Origin: a virus
Taxonomy: Duplodnaviria; Caudoviricetes
Length of the DNA stretch: 64,000 nucleotides
Strand: one strand, 5' to 3'
Virus record (IMG/VR): IMGVR_UViG_3300029305_004606
Location: 1 to 64,000 of that record
In this document: one piece after another, positions 27,311 to 37,724 of the stretch
How the letters are laid out: the number at the start of each line of letters is the position of its first letter
Position numbering within the stretch: the stretch's first letter is position 1
Notes under the pieces: model-generated
Told to the model about the DNA's origin: nothing
Seen by the model: only the letters and a program-made list of their open reading frames with translations
Database searches by the model: none
Program-made: the position numbers and the translations under genes

Positions 27311-28789
27311 TTACAGATATTTCTTGATCTCCATAAACTCAAGTATTGTTTTAGAAACAATATTCTTGGTTTCTTTATCAGCATCAGAATGCTGGCAAGC
27401 TTCTCTCAGAGCTTCAATATCTCTGTTGATAGTTGATTCGATAGCAAATCTCTGTCTATCAGTAAGCTTATTCTTGAAAGCTTTGCCAAGTTCAGTTAAA
27501 GCTCCAGATTCATAAAGAACTTCACCGTTTCGCAATACAGAAATGCAACTTGTATATGCCTGAGCAATACCATTCATATAAGAACTTTCAGCATAGATAT
27601 TAAGTTTATCAGTAATATTAGCTGCCTTGCAAATCTTCATGAGATCAGAACATTTCTCTTTTACAACTTCTGCAGAAGAAAATTCTCCTGATTCTACAAT
27701 AATAGTTCTCTCGTCAAGAATCATCTGAAGTTTTCTAGATTCTGCCATCTCACAAGTATATCTATCATGTACTTCTCTTTCAGCAAGCTGTGATTCACTC
27801 ATGAATGCCTTAGAAGTGTTGAAAGATTCTACTCCTGCTTTTATAATAGCATTTGATAATTTAACCATAGAATCTCCACAAGATCTTTCAACCTGTCTCT
27901 GACCAACAATGTAACAACCAGTATATGCATTTACAATAAGGCATAAGAAAGATGTAAGAAGTTCTGTAGCATAATGTGTACCTGTACCATAATAATACAT
28001 CCATTTACTGATAAATACTTCAAGAGTTAATCCTTTAAGATTAAATACACTTGAAACACTTGTGATAAATTCGAAAATATTACCGAATTCCATATCAGTT
28101 AAATATAATTCATAAGCCTTAATTTCAGAAGCAGATAAACCTGCAATCTTTCCAGCGAGAGACTTATTATACTGATCCATTTCTTTGCCCATCATATTGG
28201 TTAAGAAGAATAAACCAGCCATATAAGCAACTTTCTTGCGATTAGCAGAATATCCAGGAATACCCATATACTCAATATTGTTATGTACCATTGCTACATA
28301 ACAATCAAGTGCTGCATTTACAATACTACTGTTATTTACAAGCTTATTAGGATTATGTCTGTATAACAGATAAATCAAAGCATCGAACAGATAAGCACAA
28401 AGTACATCAATCTTCTTACATACATAGTAGCCGTTTTTAAATTCGATGATTCCTGTAGCATCGATAAACACTGCCGGCTGTCTTCCATTTGAAGGATCTT
28501 TCGCGTCGAAGACTTTGAATGCTCTGGGCATTTCATACTGGTTAATACAGATTTTGACACTGTCCATCATAAGAACAGTATACAGAATAGAACTTGTCTG
28601 CTGTCTCTTAACCTCTTCTACAATACCTCTGAAAGCATCTGATTTTTTATCTTCAACTCTATGAGCCTTAATAATGAAATCCATAATAGCCTGATTGTTT
28701 CGTTTTTCAGGGTTATCCTGTTCACGGCTGTTCGTTTTCACCTTATAAAGATAGCTATCATTATAAGTTTTCATAATGAAGTTTTTCAT
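27311..28789 (-). CDS. Hypothetical protein (likely late/virion)
   Basis: 492-aa ORF, RBS GGAGG, late-type promoter at 28832-28843. Confidence 0.55.
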   Translation of the reverse strand: MKNFIMKTYNDSYLYKVKTNSREQDNPEKRNNQAIMDFIIKAHRVEDKKSDAFRGIVEEVKRQQTSSILYTVLMMDSVKICINQYEMPRAFKVFDAKDPSNGRQPAVFIDATGIIEFKNGYYVCKKIDVLCAYLFDALIYLLYRHNPNKLVNNSSIVNAALDCYVAMVHNNIEYMGIPGYSANRKKVAYMAGLFFLTNMMGKEMDQYNKSLAGKIAGLSASEIKAYELYLTDMEFGNIFEFITSVSSVFNLKGLTLEVFISKWMYYYGTGTHYATELLTSFLCLIVNAYTGCYIVGQRQVERSCGDSMVKLSNAIIKAGVESFNTSKAFMSESQLAEREVHDRYTCEMAESRKLQMILDERTIIVESGEFSSAEVVKEKCSDLMKICKAANITDKLNIYAESSYMNGIAQAYTSCISVLRNGEVLYESGALTELGKAFKNKLTDRQRFAIESTINRDIEALREACQHSDADKETKNIVSKTILEFMEIKKYL

Positions 28790-28831
28790 TATTACTACCT
28801 CCCTTATAATCGTTGTATTATTGATATCAAT

Positions 28832-28843
28832 TTATAAGGATGT
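28832..28843 (-). promoter_or_regulatory. Representative late-type promoter AC(A/T)-N6-TAA
   Basis: acatccttataa on the minus strand; same pattern upstream of about 17 transcription units (see findings). Confidence 0.6.
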
Positions 28844-28948
28844 TGACTATTTACACAATCCCATAAATATAAACTGGGTTATATAATATAATTATGAGAT
28901 ATTGAGCACTTATCAATAATCTAAAATGATACTAAGGAGGTATTAAAA

Positions 28949-29851
28949 ATGAATAAAGTAGAACTTCCTACAGAAGAACAGGTAGTAAAATATTTGATTA
29001 CTATTATTGAGGATGCTTACAGAGATGCTGTCAATGAAGATGCATATAATGACGTTGTTGATGATACTTATGTTTTTGAAATTTCAGATGATCCAAACGA
29101 TTTGAAATATTATGTCGCAGTTCAATATTGTTATGATGTAGACTATAATAGAATATTTATTGAATTTGAATTGTCAAATTCTATTAAAAGATCTTTACCC
29201 TGGGAAAGAATTGTAGCTACAATACACAACTTTATTAACGATACTTTCTTCAAAACAACTCATGTATATCCTGAGATTATAGCCTATGATGATGGTACAA
29301 ATGAAAGATATGATTCAGTTCATGATCTTTCTCCATATACAATTGGATATTGGAATTGTTTACATGGTCATTATGAATATTTGTATTCTCATCAAGTATT
29401 TATGGATCATATGGCTGGTTTAAATGTACCTACTTGGAGTTCTGAATTTATCAAAGAAATGGATGATAATTTTAAGAAAAATTATATTTCTAATTATCCT
29501 AAGTTCTTAAATGAAATGATAACTATTAGAGATAAGTATAAAATAAGTGCTGATCAGCAGCCTGAAAAGAAAATTGAAGATTTTGCTGATATAGTACAAG
29601 CAATTCATCATAAATATATGAAAGAATTGACAGGTGCTGAAAAAGATTCTTATATTCAGGAATACATGTCTGTAGCTGGTAATCCTACAAAGATAAAAGA
29701 GCTTAATAAAAAATATGGAATTGGAGATCCAATGTGGTCAAAAGTTCCTGAAATTATGGAAGAATATAAGAAAATATATAAAGATTTCTTTGGAGTTGAA
29801 CTGCATGATTTTATATCTAATACTAAAAGATTTTATATCATTCAGTCTTAA
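28949..29851 (+). CDS. Hypothetical early protein
   Basis: Early promoter at 28879-28897, RBS AAGGAGGT. Confidence 0.65.
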   Translation: MNKVELPTEEQVVKYLITIIEDAYRDAVNEDAYNDVVDDTYVFEISDDPNDLKYYVAVQYCYDVDYNRIFIEFELSNSIKRSLPWERIVATIHNFINDTFFKTTHVYPEIIAYDDGTNERYDSVHDLSPYTIGYWNCLHGHYEYLYSHQVFMDHMAGLNVPTWSSEFIKEMDDNFKKNYISNYPKFLNEMITIRDKYKISADQQPEKKIEDFADIVQAIHHKYMKELTGAEKDSYIQEYMSVAGNPTKIKELNKKYGIGDPMWSKVPEIMEEYKKIYKDFFGVELHDFISNTKRFYIIQS

Positions 29852-29899
29852 TAACTATAAAACGTTACATTATTTTTAAAAAGAAAGGAAATTACTATT

Positions 29900-30289
29900 A
29901 TGAAATTGAATCTTGGATTCTCTGTTATTGCTAATTGTGTTCCATTGGAACCGGAAAAGTGTGATATTAAGTCTACAGAATTTACTATCCATTTTGATAT
30001 CGAAACAGCTATGATGTTTGTAACCAAACTGGGTCCTAGTGCTATGGATATTGAAATTGGAGAAGATCATTTGCCTGCTAAAATTATATTTTCTAGAAAA
30101 GCAACAGATCCTGATTATATTGCAATCTTGTTAGTATTAGAAGACGATGATACATTTATTGTTAAAAATCCACATCAATTGATAAAAGATTCTTTAGAAG
30201 GATATGTAAAACTTACAACACTTGACAAAATTAGTTCTATTATCGATTTTGATTTTGATGCTGGATTGGAATTTCAGGATCAGAAATGA
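29900..30289 (+). CDS. Hypothetical protein
   Basis: RBS GAAAGGA. Confidence 0.6.
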   Translation: MKLNLGFSVIANCVPLEPEKCDIKSTEFTIHFDIETAMMFVTKLGPSAMDIEIGEDHLPAKIIFSRKATDPDYIAILLVLEDDDTFIVKNPHQLIKDSLEGYVKLTTLDKISSIIDFDFDAGLEFQDQK

Positions 30290-30398
30290 TTAAATTAAAA
30301 TTACGAGAGGGGTGAGGACTTAGTGTTCTCACCCCTTTTATTTTTTATCACAGCTCAAACTTCTCTATAATGAAAATATAGAGAGGTGTGTTAATTTT

Positions 30399-31253
30399 AT
30401 GATAATTGATCAATTAGAATTAGTGTTAGATAATGATCTTTTGGAGTTAGAGGGAATTGATAATGCTAGAGAGAATATTTGGCTTCATTATAAGGATGCT
30501 AATGATAATCCTATACCAAGAGTAACTCATATAATTAAACAGTGTACTGATCAGGAATATCTTATTAAGTGGGCAGCAAGAATAGGATATAATAAATACG
30601 AGATGTATAGAGAAAAAGCTTTAGAAGTTGGCACTTTGGTACATTTTTATATTGATTTATATCTTGAAGCTAAATATATCAAGAAGGATATATCTTTATT
30701 TAAAATAAATTATGATGAAATTGGAGTAGCATATAGAGCTGCTGTTCATAACGGAATTGAAAGTTTTATTGCTTGGGAAAAGAATCTCAATCAAATGGGA
30801 TATTTCATTGAAGAAGTTATTGGTCTTGAAGTTCCTGTAAGATGTCCTTGGTTTGGTGGAACTGTAGATGCTATTTTGAGAATCAATGGAGCAGTATACC
30901 TTATAGATTTTAAAACATCTAAGCAGATTACTACAGATTATCTTATCCAAGCTGCTGCATATATGTGGATGATTAATAATGGATATGATCCTGAATTACC
31001 TCTTATTGACGGTATTGGAATTATCAGAGTTGATAAACAGAGCATCAGATTTAATGATTTATTTTTAAATTGTTGGAAATTAGATGCTCGTAATTTTGTA
31101 ACAAGATTAATTCAGACTTTTTTAAGTTATGTAGAGAGTTATTATAGAACTATTAATTCGAATTTTATGTTTGATTGTTATAATAAAACTTTCTATTTCC
31201 AATCAGATGTACCTATCGAAAATGGAGGAGGTTATTTTATAAATGGAAACTGA
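30399..31253 (+). CDS. PD-(D/E)XK exonuclease (RecB/Cas4-like fold)
   Basis: PRVTHI, GTLVH, GTVDAIL...LIDFKTS, QAAAY. Confidence 0.85.
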   Translation: MIIDQLELVLDNDLLELEGIDNARENIWLHYKDANDNPIPRVTHIIKQCTDQEYLIKWAARIGYNKYEMYREKALEVGTLVHFYIDLYLEAKYIKKDISLFKINYDEIGVAYRAAVHNGIESFIAWEKNLNQMGYFIEEVIGLEVPVRCPWFGGTVDAILRINGAVYLIDFKTSKQITTDYLIQAAAYMWMINNGYDPELPLIDGIGIIRVDKQSIRFNDLFLNCWKLDARNFVTRLIQTFLSYVESYYRTINSNFMFDCYNKTFYFQSDVPIENGGGYFINGN

Positions 31254-31452
31254 TAGAATGATCCGGGAACTTAGACGAACTGCAAAGAAACATGAAAAAG
31301 ATATGGTTTTTACTGGACAAACAAATATTTTTCTTATGTGTACAGATGTAGCAAATCGTCTTGAAGAATTAGATAATGAAAATAAAGATCTTAAAAGACA
31401 ACTTGAAGATATAAAAATTCTTGAGCGTAGAAAAGAAGATGATGGGAAGTAG
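31243..31452 (+). CDS. Small coiled-coil hypothetical protein
   Basis: RBS GGAGGAGG, translationally coupled. Confidence 0.55.
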   Translation: METDRMIRELRRTAKKHEKDMVFTGQTNIFLMCTDVANRLEELDNENKDLKRQLEDIKILERRKEDDGK

Positions 31453-31463
31453 AGGTTGCACTT

Positions 31464-32021
31464 ATGGAAAATACAGATCGTATTATTGGAAGCTGTTTGG
31501 AAATAAACAGTGATATTATCAGAATGAAATTCGAAGATGTTAAGTATCCTAAGTGGATTATATCTATTAAGGAGACTTATTATAGACATAAACTTATTAA
31601 GTCTGTAAAGAAATTGGAAAAAGCAAATGTTCCTCTTAATAAAGAAAATTTATTGGAGTTGTTCGCCTATATCTTCAGTAATTTTCCTCCATATGGAACG
31701 TATAAAAATATTAAACAGGTTATGCATGTAGATAAAGAAGATATGAATATCTGGAAAGCCGTAATAAGATATTCAGAAGATATTGTATATAGTATTGATA
31801 TCGATGTAAAAGATAATACTTTTACAGTTGCTATTGTTGTAAGAAATCCTGAAAAAGATACAAGAAATACTGTTACAGTTTATCTTAAAGAGCTTTACAG
31901 CACAAAAGAAAATATAGGAGATCATATTTATGATTTAAATAAGCTTCTCATCAGTATTATTAAAGATTACATACTTGACGTAATAGAGTCTACTAAGGAG
32001 TTAGAAAGGAAACAAAAATAA
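31464..32021 (+). CDS. Hypothetical protein
   Basis: ORF in operon with RBS. Confidence 0.6.
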   Translation: MENTDRIIGSCLEINSDIIRMKFEDVKYPKWIISIKETYYRHKLIKSVKKLEKANVPLNKENLLELFAYIFSNFPPYGTYKNIKQVMHVDKEDMNIWKAVIRYSEDIVYSIDIDVKDNTFTVAIVVRNPEKDTRNTVTVYLKELYSTKENIGDHIYDLNKLLISIIKDYILDVIESTKELERKQK

Positions 32022-32023
32022 TT

Positions 32024-32815
32024 ATGGGAAAAATGGAAAAAGAAATGACATCGCTCAAATTACAGGATAATCCATTCTTTGAATTTACAAAGAAATATTT
32101 CTATTTTTTAAGACAAGTTAAATTCGACTTTGAAAGCCCTGATAGATGTATAACTTCTACTTGGATATGGTCGAAAGATAAGAAATATAATATTTCTGAT
32201 AAATTGGAGCGTGAATTAAAAGATCTACAATTTTGTAGAAATAATAAAGTTGGTCCAATGCAGCTTCTCAATATCAACTACAGTGTCGATGAATGGCTTG
32301 CTTTAGTTAGACAATTTATTGTATATTTAGATACTATTGAATTAGCTTCTTTATATAAAAATGACAAAGATGAATCTAATGTTTATATTGATTGTGACCC
32401 TCTTAATTCTAGTTACGTTCTTTATTATTATGATGATAATAATGAAACAGAATATAGAATTTCGTTTATTGAAACTTCTATTCCTAGACCTGGAGCTCCA
32501 TCTGCAATTGCGACATTTATCAATGCTGCAGAAGATGAAGAAGACTCTACAATAACATTAGTTCAAATTGATATTTTAAGAAGATATGGTAATAAAAGAA
32601 CTAATCAAATCAAACTTGTTGAGAATTCAGGTGATGGAAAAAGTCTTCTTGTCAAACCAGAAGAAGCTCTTGTATTTAATGTATTCAGAGATATTTTATC
32701 TCAGGTTATTTTCAATACCTTTAATGACATTCTTAATAATGTCAATAAAACAATCGGCTTTGAAAGAAATATAACTGAAGAGGTGTTACATGGATACATT
32801 AAATTATCAGAATAA
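32024..32815 (+). CDS. Hypothetical protein
   Basis: ORF in operon with RBS. Confidence 0.6.
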   Translation: MGKMEKEMTSLKLQDNPFFEFTKKYFYFLRQVKFDFESPDRCITSTWIWSKDKKYNISDKLERELKDLQFCRNNKVGPMQLLNINYSVDEWLALVRQFIVYLDTIELASLYKNDKDESNVYIDCDPLNSSYVLYYYDDNNETEYRISFIETSIPRPGAPSAIATFINAAEDEEDSTITLVQIDILRRYGNKRTNQIKLVENSGDGKSLLVKPEEALVFNVFRDILSQVIFNTFNDILNNVNKTIGFERNITEEVLHGYIKLSE

Positions 32816-33935
32816 AATTAGAGGAACTCTTATTGAGGTACATCTTGCTGATCTACATTTTGGTGCTTTTGAACCTTCAAAACAATATCAAATTTTGGTA
32901 GAGCAGGTTTTATCAGATTTATATCAGTTACCTGTTATAGATATTATATCTATCGATGGTGATTTATTCGACCATAAGGTTATGAGTAATTCCGATGCTG
33001 CTTTATATGCTAGCAAGTTTATTGCAGATTTGGTTCATTTGTCAAAATTGAAAAATGCTACGTTAATCTTATTAGCTGGTACATATTCACACGATTTCGA
33101 TCAATTGAAACTATTTTACCATTATATGGATAACTCTCAGAATTATGGAGTTGACGTTAGGGTAATCACTAACATTCAGTTCGAGTATATTAAAGGTGCT
33201 AGAATATTAATGATACCTGAATTAAATGGAGTAGATGAAGAGGTGTATCAGAAATTTTTCAATCAATCTGGTTGGTATGATGCAGCATTTGTTCATGGTA
33301 CTTTTGAAGGTTCAGTATATGGTAATTTGACATCCGGAAGTAGCCGGTTATTAACAGCAGAAGATTTTAAATATTGTACAGGGGTTGCAATATCAGGTCA
33401 TGTTCATAAAGCTGGTTGTTTCCAAGGTTTCTATTACTATTGTGGATGTCCTTACAGATGGAAGTTTGGAGAAGAAGAAGAGAAAGGTTATATTATTCTT
33501 GCTCATGATTTGGACACTCAGGTTCATTATGTAGACTTTAGACCGATAAAGTCATTCCGATATGATACTATTTTTCTTGATCAATTAGTTTCAGAAGACC
33601 CTAAGAAAATATGTGATTACATCAATCAAAGAAGAGTGAATGATGGAATTGATTATATTAAGGTCAAATTCAGGATACCAATACCTGGATATAATAAAAC
33701 CATTATCAATAATTATTATAGGAATAATCCTACAACATTTGTTGAATTTATGGATACTGTTGAAGTAGAGCAACAAAAACAGAAAGAAGCTATTTTGAAT
33801 TCGGGTCAGTATAGTTATCTAATGGATTCTAGCATTTCAGATTTTGAGAGATTTGTTATGTATGTCAATGATAAAGAAGGGTGTGAATTTATCACTGTAC
33901 AGAAATTAACAGAATTACTTGGCGAAAATATTTAG
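32790..33935 (+). CDS. sbcD: SbcD/Mre11-like metallophosphoesterase nuclease
   Basis: DLHFG, GDLFD, GTYSHD, VHG, GHVH. Confidence 0.85.
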   Translation: MDTLNYQNKIRGTLIEVHLADLHFGAFEPSKQYQILVEQVLSDLYQLPVIDIISIDGDLFDHKVMSNSDAALYASKFIADLVHLSKLKNATLILLAGTYSHDFDQLKLFYHYMDNSQNYGVDVRVITNIQFEYIKGARILMIPELNGVDEEVYQKFFNQSGWYDAAFVHGTFEGSVYGNLTSGSSRLLTAEDFKYCTGVAISGHVHKAGCFQGFYYYCGCPYRWKFGEEEEKGYIILAHDLDTQVHYVDFRPIKSFRYDTIFLDQLVSEDPKKICDYINQRRVNDGIDYIKVKFRIPIPGYNKTIINNYYRNNPTTFVEFMDTVEVEQQKQKEAILNSGQYSYLMDSSISDFERFVMYVNDKEGCEFITVQKLTELLGENI

Positions 33936-34018
33936 AAAATATCAAGTTAAAAACACTGTACTAATCACTCGAAAGAAATAAGAATGTTAAATATCGTATA
34001 AAGGAAGTAATTGGCATT

Positions 34019-35908
34019 ATGAGTATAATGTTTGATGCAAACAAAATAGGCAGAAAGAACAAGTATAATATTGAAACTGCTAAAATTACATTGGATATGA
34101 CTACTCTCAATGTATTTTGTAGATATATTTTACAGGATGCTAGAGTCATTAGAATGGAACACCTTGTAAATATGAGAAGACTATTATCAATTGTTGATAG
34201 GTCTACTTATGAGAACGACCCAGAAAAGGTAAAGCGTTTCAATTTCATATATAAAGTATTGGAAGCAAGACTTGAACAGAATTTAACAGATATGGATTTA
34301 ATTCTTCTTCATGTAAATGGAGGAATTAATTTTCAGGTTGATTTCTTAGATTATAATAATCTTGCAATGGACAAGTCTAATATTCAATATTGTCATAAAA
34401 TGGTAGAAGACTTATTAAAGTATTCATTCTTCTATAATGAAGCAGATAATTTACAAGAACTTATAACCAGATTTAAAACATCTGATATGTCTAAGAGAGT
34501 TAGTCTTATCAAAGAAACAGAACAACTTTTAGATAGAGTAAAAAATAAGTTTAGAAAAACTCATGTAGAAGATAATGTAAATGATGTATTCTTTTCATTA
34601 GAGGATGGTACTTTTGAGTCTGCTATTACTGATACATATAATATGGTAACTAACCCATCAAGAAGATTATACACTGGTATGCAAGGTTTCAATGAATTAA
34701 TTGGTGGTGGATTTGAATCCGGTCGTGTTTATATGTTATTGGGTGTAGCAGGTGTTGGTAAATCATTAACTTTGCTTAATTTAATTAAGCAGATAAAGAA
34801 ATATAATCCTATGGTTAAACCTAAGGACCCTACTAAAATTCCTTGTATTGTATTATTAACAATGGAAAATACTGTAGTGGAAACTATTACTCGTCTTTTT
34901 GATATGAGTATAGATAATTCTCATGGTATGGGTAACTATGAATTGAATGAAGTTATCTATAAATTAAGAACAGAAGGTGAGTTAACGATTAATGACTCTT
35001 CACCTTTAGATATTGTAATTAAATATAAACCTAATAGAAGTATCAGTACTGATTATCTGTATACATTATATGAGGATTTATTAGATCAAGGAAAAGAAAT
35101 GGTTTGTTTGGTTCAGGACCATATCAAACGTATTCGCTCAATCGATGGTCAGCAGGATATTCGTCTTGAATTAGGTGATATTGTAAACGAATTTAAAGTA
35201 TTTGCTGCAGATAAGGATATTCCTGTAATTACAATATCTCATCTTAATCGTGAAGCAACTCGTATATTAGAAGAAACAGCAAGAAAAGGAAATCAAGATA
35301 GTGGTAAACTTATTGGAAAATCTAATACTGGTGAATCATTATTAATGATTGATAATTTAGACTGTGGTATTACTATTGCGAGAGATTATGATAGAGATGG
35401 ATTATGTTATATGACATTTCATCGTATCAAAATGAGAGATAAGGGCAGTACAAGAGATTATATTGCTCAACCATTCTTACCTGACAATCCGATTAGATTG
35501 GTAACAGATGTTGGTGGAGTTCCTCAGTTCAAAGATTCGTTGCATAATGTTGAATTGCCTGGAAGTATTAATAACAATAGTAGAGTTAAAATGTCCGGTG
35601 CATCTGGATTTATTCAGCAGAATGATATTCTTGGTGTTATTGATACAAATGATACAGGAGACAATGCATTCAATAACAAGGTTACTTATAATCTTGAACC
35701 TGTTGCAGCAAATTATAATAATCCTGAATATACAGCTCAGATGGAAGCATTTGATGAAGAATTATCAGAGCTTATTGTTGAGGATGCAAAGAATAGAGAA
35801 GCTATGAACATCATTATGCTGACAAACTATAATCAGTTACCGTCAGCTAATCCACCTATTTGTCCAATCGAGTTTGTTAATGTTATTAAACCGATTGAAT
35901 TTGTGTAA
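34019..35908 (+). CDS. dnaB: DnaB-like replicative helicase
   Basis: TGMQGFNELIGGGF, GVAGVGKS, TMEN, QDHI, SHLNR. Confidence 0.88.
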   Translation: MSIMFDANKIGRKNKYNIETAKITLDMTTLNVFCRYILQDARVIRMEHLVNMRRLLSIVDRSTYENDPEKVKRFNFIYKVLEARLEQNLTDMDLILLHVNGGINFQVDFLDYNNLAMDKSNIQYCHKMVEDLLKYSFFYNEADNLQELITRFKTSDMSKRVSLIKETEQLLDRVKNKFRKTHVEDNVNDVFFSLEDGTFESAITDTYNMVTNPSRRLYTGMQGFNELIGGGFESGRVYMLLGVAGVGKSLTLLNLIKQIKKYNPMVKPKDPTKIPCIVLLTMENTVVETITRLFDMSIDNSHGMGNYELNEVIYKLRTEGELTINDSSPLDIVIKYKPNRSISTDYLYTLYEDLLDQGKEMVCLVQDHIKRIRSIDGQQDIRLELGDIVNEFKVFAADKDIPVITISHLNREATRILEETARKGNQDSGKLIGKSNTGESLLMIDNLDCGITIARDYDRDGLCYMTFHRIKMRDKGSTRDYIAQPFLPDNPIRLVTDVGGVPQFKDSLHNVELPGSINNNSRVKMSGASGFIQQNDILGVIDTNDTGDNAFNNKVTYNLEPVAANYNNPEYTAQMEAFDEELSELIVEDAKNREAMNIIMLTNYNQLPSANPPICPIEFVNVIKPIEFV

Positions 35909-35953
35909 CAGAAACAGTATGCTTGTAGGTATTATCTACCTACAAGCATCTTT

Positions 35954-36382
35954 TTATCTGTAGATTTTATTTATTGCTCTATTTTCCTGAATATATTTGG
36001 ACTCTTTTCCATAAATATCGTTAAGGAATGTTGCTAGTACACTAGCATATGGAAGCTTCACTGTTTTTACATTAAACTCTTTTGGATCGACCATATCATT
36101 CAATAATAATAAAACAAAGTCTAATTGAACTGACCCGTATAAATCATATGCTAATAAATCAGGATTATATTTATATCTCTTAAACTCTGTATCAGATAGA
36201 GATATAGTTTCACAAGTGCCAGCCAAGTGAGGTAAATAATCCTCTACGAGATTATGGTCAAGGTGGTGTACACCATTGATTACTTCCAAAATAGAGAAAT
36301 TATAATATGTCATATCATCTATATTTCTCATATTGATAAAATCTTGCAAAGTATAAGTGGTAGCAGGATTATGTTGAGCCAT
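35954..36382 (-). CDS. Baseplate wedge/LysM-like (T4 gp53-type) structural protein
   Basis: YKYNPDLLAYDLYGSVQLDFVLLLLN. Confidence 0.65.
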   Translation of the reverse strand: MAQHNPATTYTLQDFINMRNIDDMTYYNFSILEVINGVHHLDHNLVEDYLPHLAGTCETISLSDTEFKRYKYNPDLLAYDLYGSVQLDFVLLLLNDMVDPKEFNVKTVKLPYASVLATFLNDIYGKESKYIQENRAINKIYR

Positions 36383-36492
36383 ATCTCATACCCCTTTCTA
36401 TATAATTCTTTAATTATAAACATGTTTTTGAATTATATAATATATTTATGTAAACAAATGATACTATTTTTCATGCGAAAGGAGAAAACAAA

Positions 36493-36966
36493 ATGAAAGA
36501 CAATGAAAAATTGATTGAAGAAACGACAGGAACAGAAATTATCTGTCATTCTTTAGATGATTTGGAATTTTATGTAGCAGAATCAACCAAATTGATCGAA
36601 AGAAAACATGAAGAGTTATTAAAGGTTACAGTAGATAAACCTCTTTATGTAATCAAAAGAAAGGTAACTGATTCTGATAGCAATGATGAATTAGAAATTG
36701 TATTGATTTATGACTGTTGTTATGTGCTTTTCACATCAAAAGAATCAGCAGAAGCATTTATGGATTCTTTTATGGATATTTCTATGAAAGAAGAATGTGA
36801 AGTTGTAACTGTTTCTGATTACGGTGAATTATGTCATAGATTACCTATTTCTATGCTTGGAGATGGTCTTATTATGAAAAGAATTGAATTCAAATCAGAT
36901 GATGATGTTTGGCATTGTGAAGATCTTATTTATGATCCTGCCGATAACAATTCTAAAACAGAGTAA
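36493..36966 (+). CDS. Hypothetical early protein
   Basis: Early promoter at 36433-36451, RBS. Confidence 0.6.
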   Translation: MKDNEKLIEETTGTEIICHSLDDLEFYVAESTKLIERKHEELLKVTVDKPLYVIKRKVTDSDSNDELEIVLIYDCCYVLFTSKESAEAFMDSFMDISMKEECEVVTVSDYGELCHRLPISMLGDGLIMKRIEFKSDDDVWHCEDLIYDPADNNSKTE

Positions 36967-37021
36967 GAAATTACTCATTAATTTACAACCTATTAATTTT
37001 AAGGAGGATTAAGAAACATAT

Positions 37022-37681
37022 ATGGTATCATTAACAATGGATAATATTGACAAAACAGAAGTTGTTACTGTCATTGGTAGTACAAGATTTGATAAAGAGA
37101 TGATTGATAAAGCCAGATATCTTCAATCAACTGGAAAGTTATCATTAATTACTTCTATAACAAAAGAACCTACTTATGCTGTATCAGAGGATATGTTGAT
37201 GAAAGAAGGTTATAAAAGAATCAATTTATCAGATACAGTTGTATGTATGAACTGTCATGGTTATATTGGAGAAAATACTGCAAGAGAATATCAGTATGCT
37301 ACTTTGGTAAGAAGAATTCCGGTATATTTTGATGAAGATGAAGTTACAGAGCATATGCTCAAGTATCTTAACTCATATTTCATTGATGATGAAGGTCAAT
37401 ATCGTCTTTGGAATTATTCTAATATAGAAGGTCTTACAATTAAGACTATTTGTATTAGAGAAAATCCTATAGTTGCTCCTGATATAGCAACAATGCTTTC
37501 TGATATGGATATTGATAAAGAGTTTTATCATGCTATATTATCAATTGATATGAGGAAACAGTGCAAACATACAGGAGTTCCTGTCAGAATTTTACCGAAT
37601 GATATATTCGATGCAAATATTAGAGAATCTAATCTGATCGCTTATAATGATAAAGCAGATGAACCTGAAGATCAGATTTGA
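37022..37681 (+). CDS. Protein with nucleoside 2-deoxyribosyltransferase-like N-terminal domain
   Basis: VTVIGSTRF...INLSDTVVCMN.HGYIGENTAREYQYA. Confidence 0.5.
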   Translation: MVSLTMDNIDKTEVVTVIGSTRFDKEMIDKARYLQSTGKLSLITSITKEPTYAVSEDMLMKEGYKRINLSDTVVCMNCHGYIGENTAREYQYATLVRRIPVYFDEDEVTEHMLKYLNSYFIDDEGQYRLWNYSNIEGLTIKTICIRENPIVAPDIATMLSDMDIDKEFYHAILSIDMRKQCKHTGVPVRILPNDIFDANIRESNLIAYNDKADEPEDQI

Positions 37682-37724
37682 TTATATATGATACTATTAA
37701 TTTAAAGGAAAGGAATAAGGTGAA

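Noticed and set aside
8334-31062. Partial site matches aatgatttaa (8334) and taatgatttat (~31052)
   Set aside because: They lack the final G, lie inside ordinary genes and do not head fibre-like frames.
30399-31253. Cas4 of a phage CRISPR system
   Set aside because: PD-(D/E)XK nuclease without the Cas4 Fe-S cysteine pattern; replication-operon context and no array.
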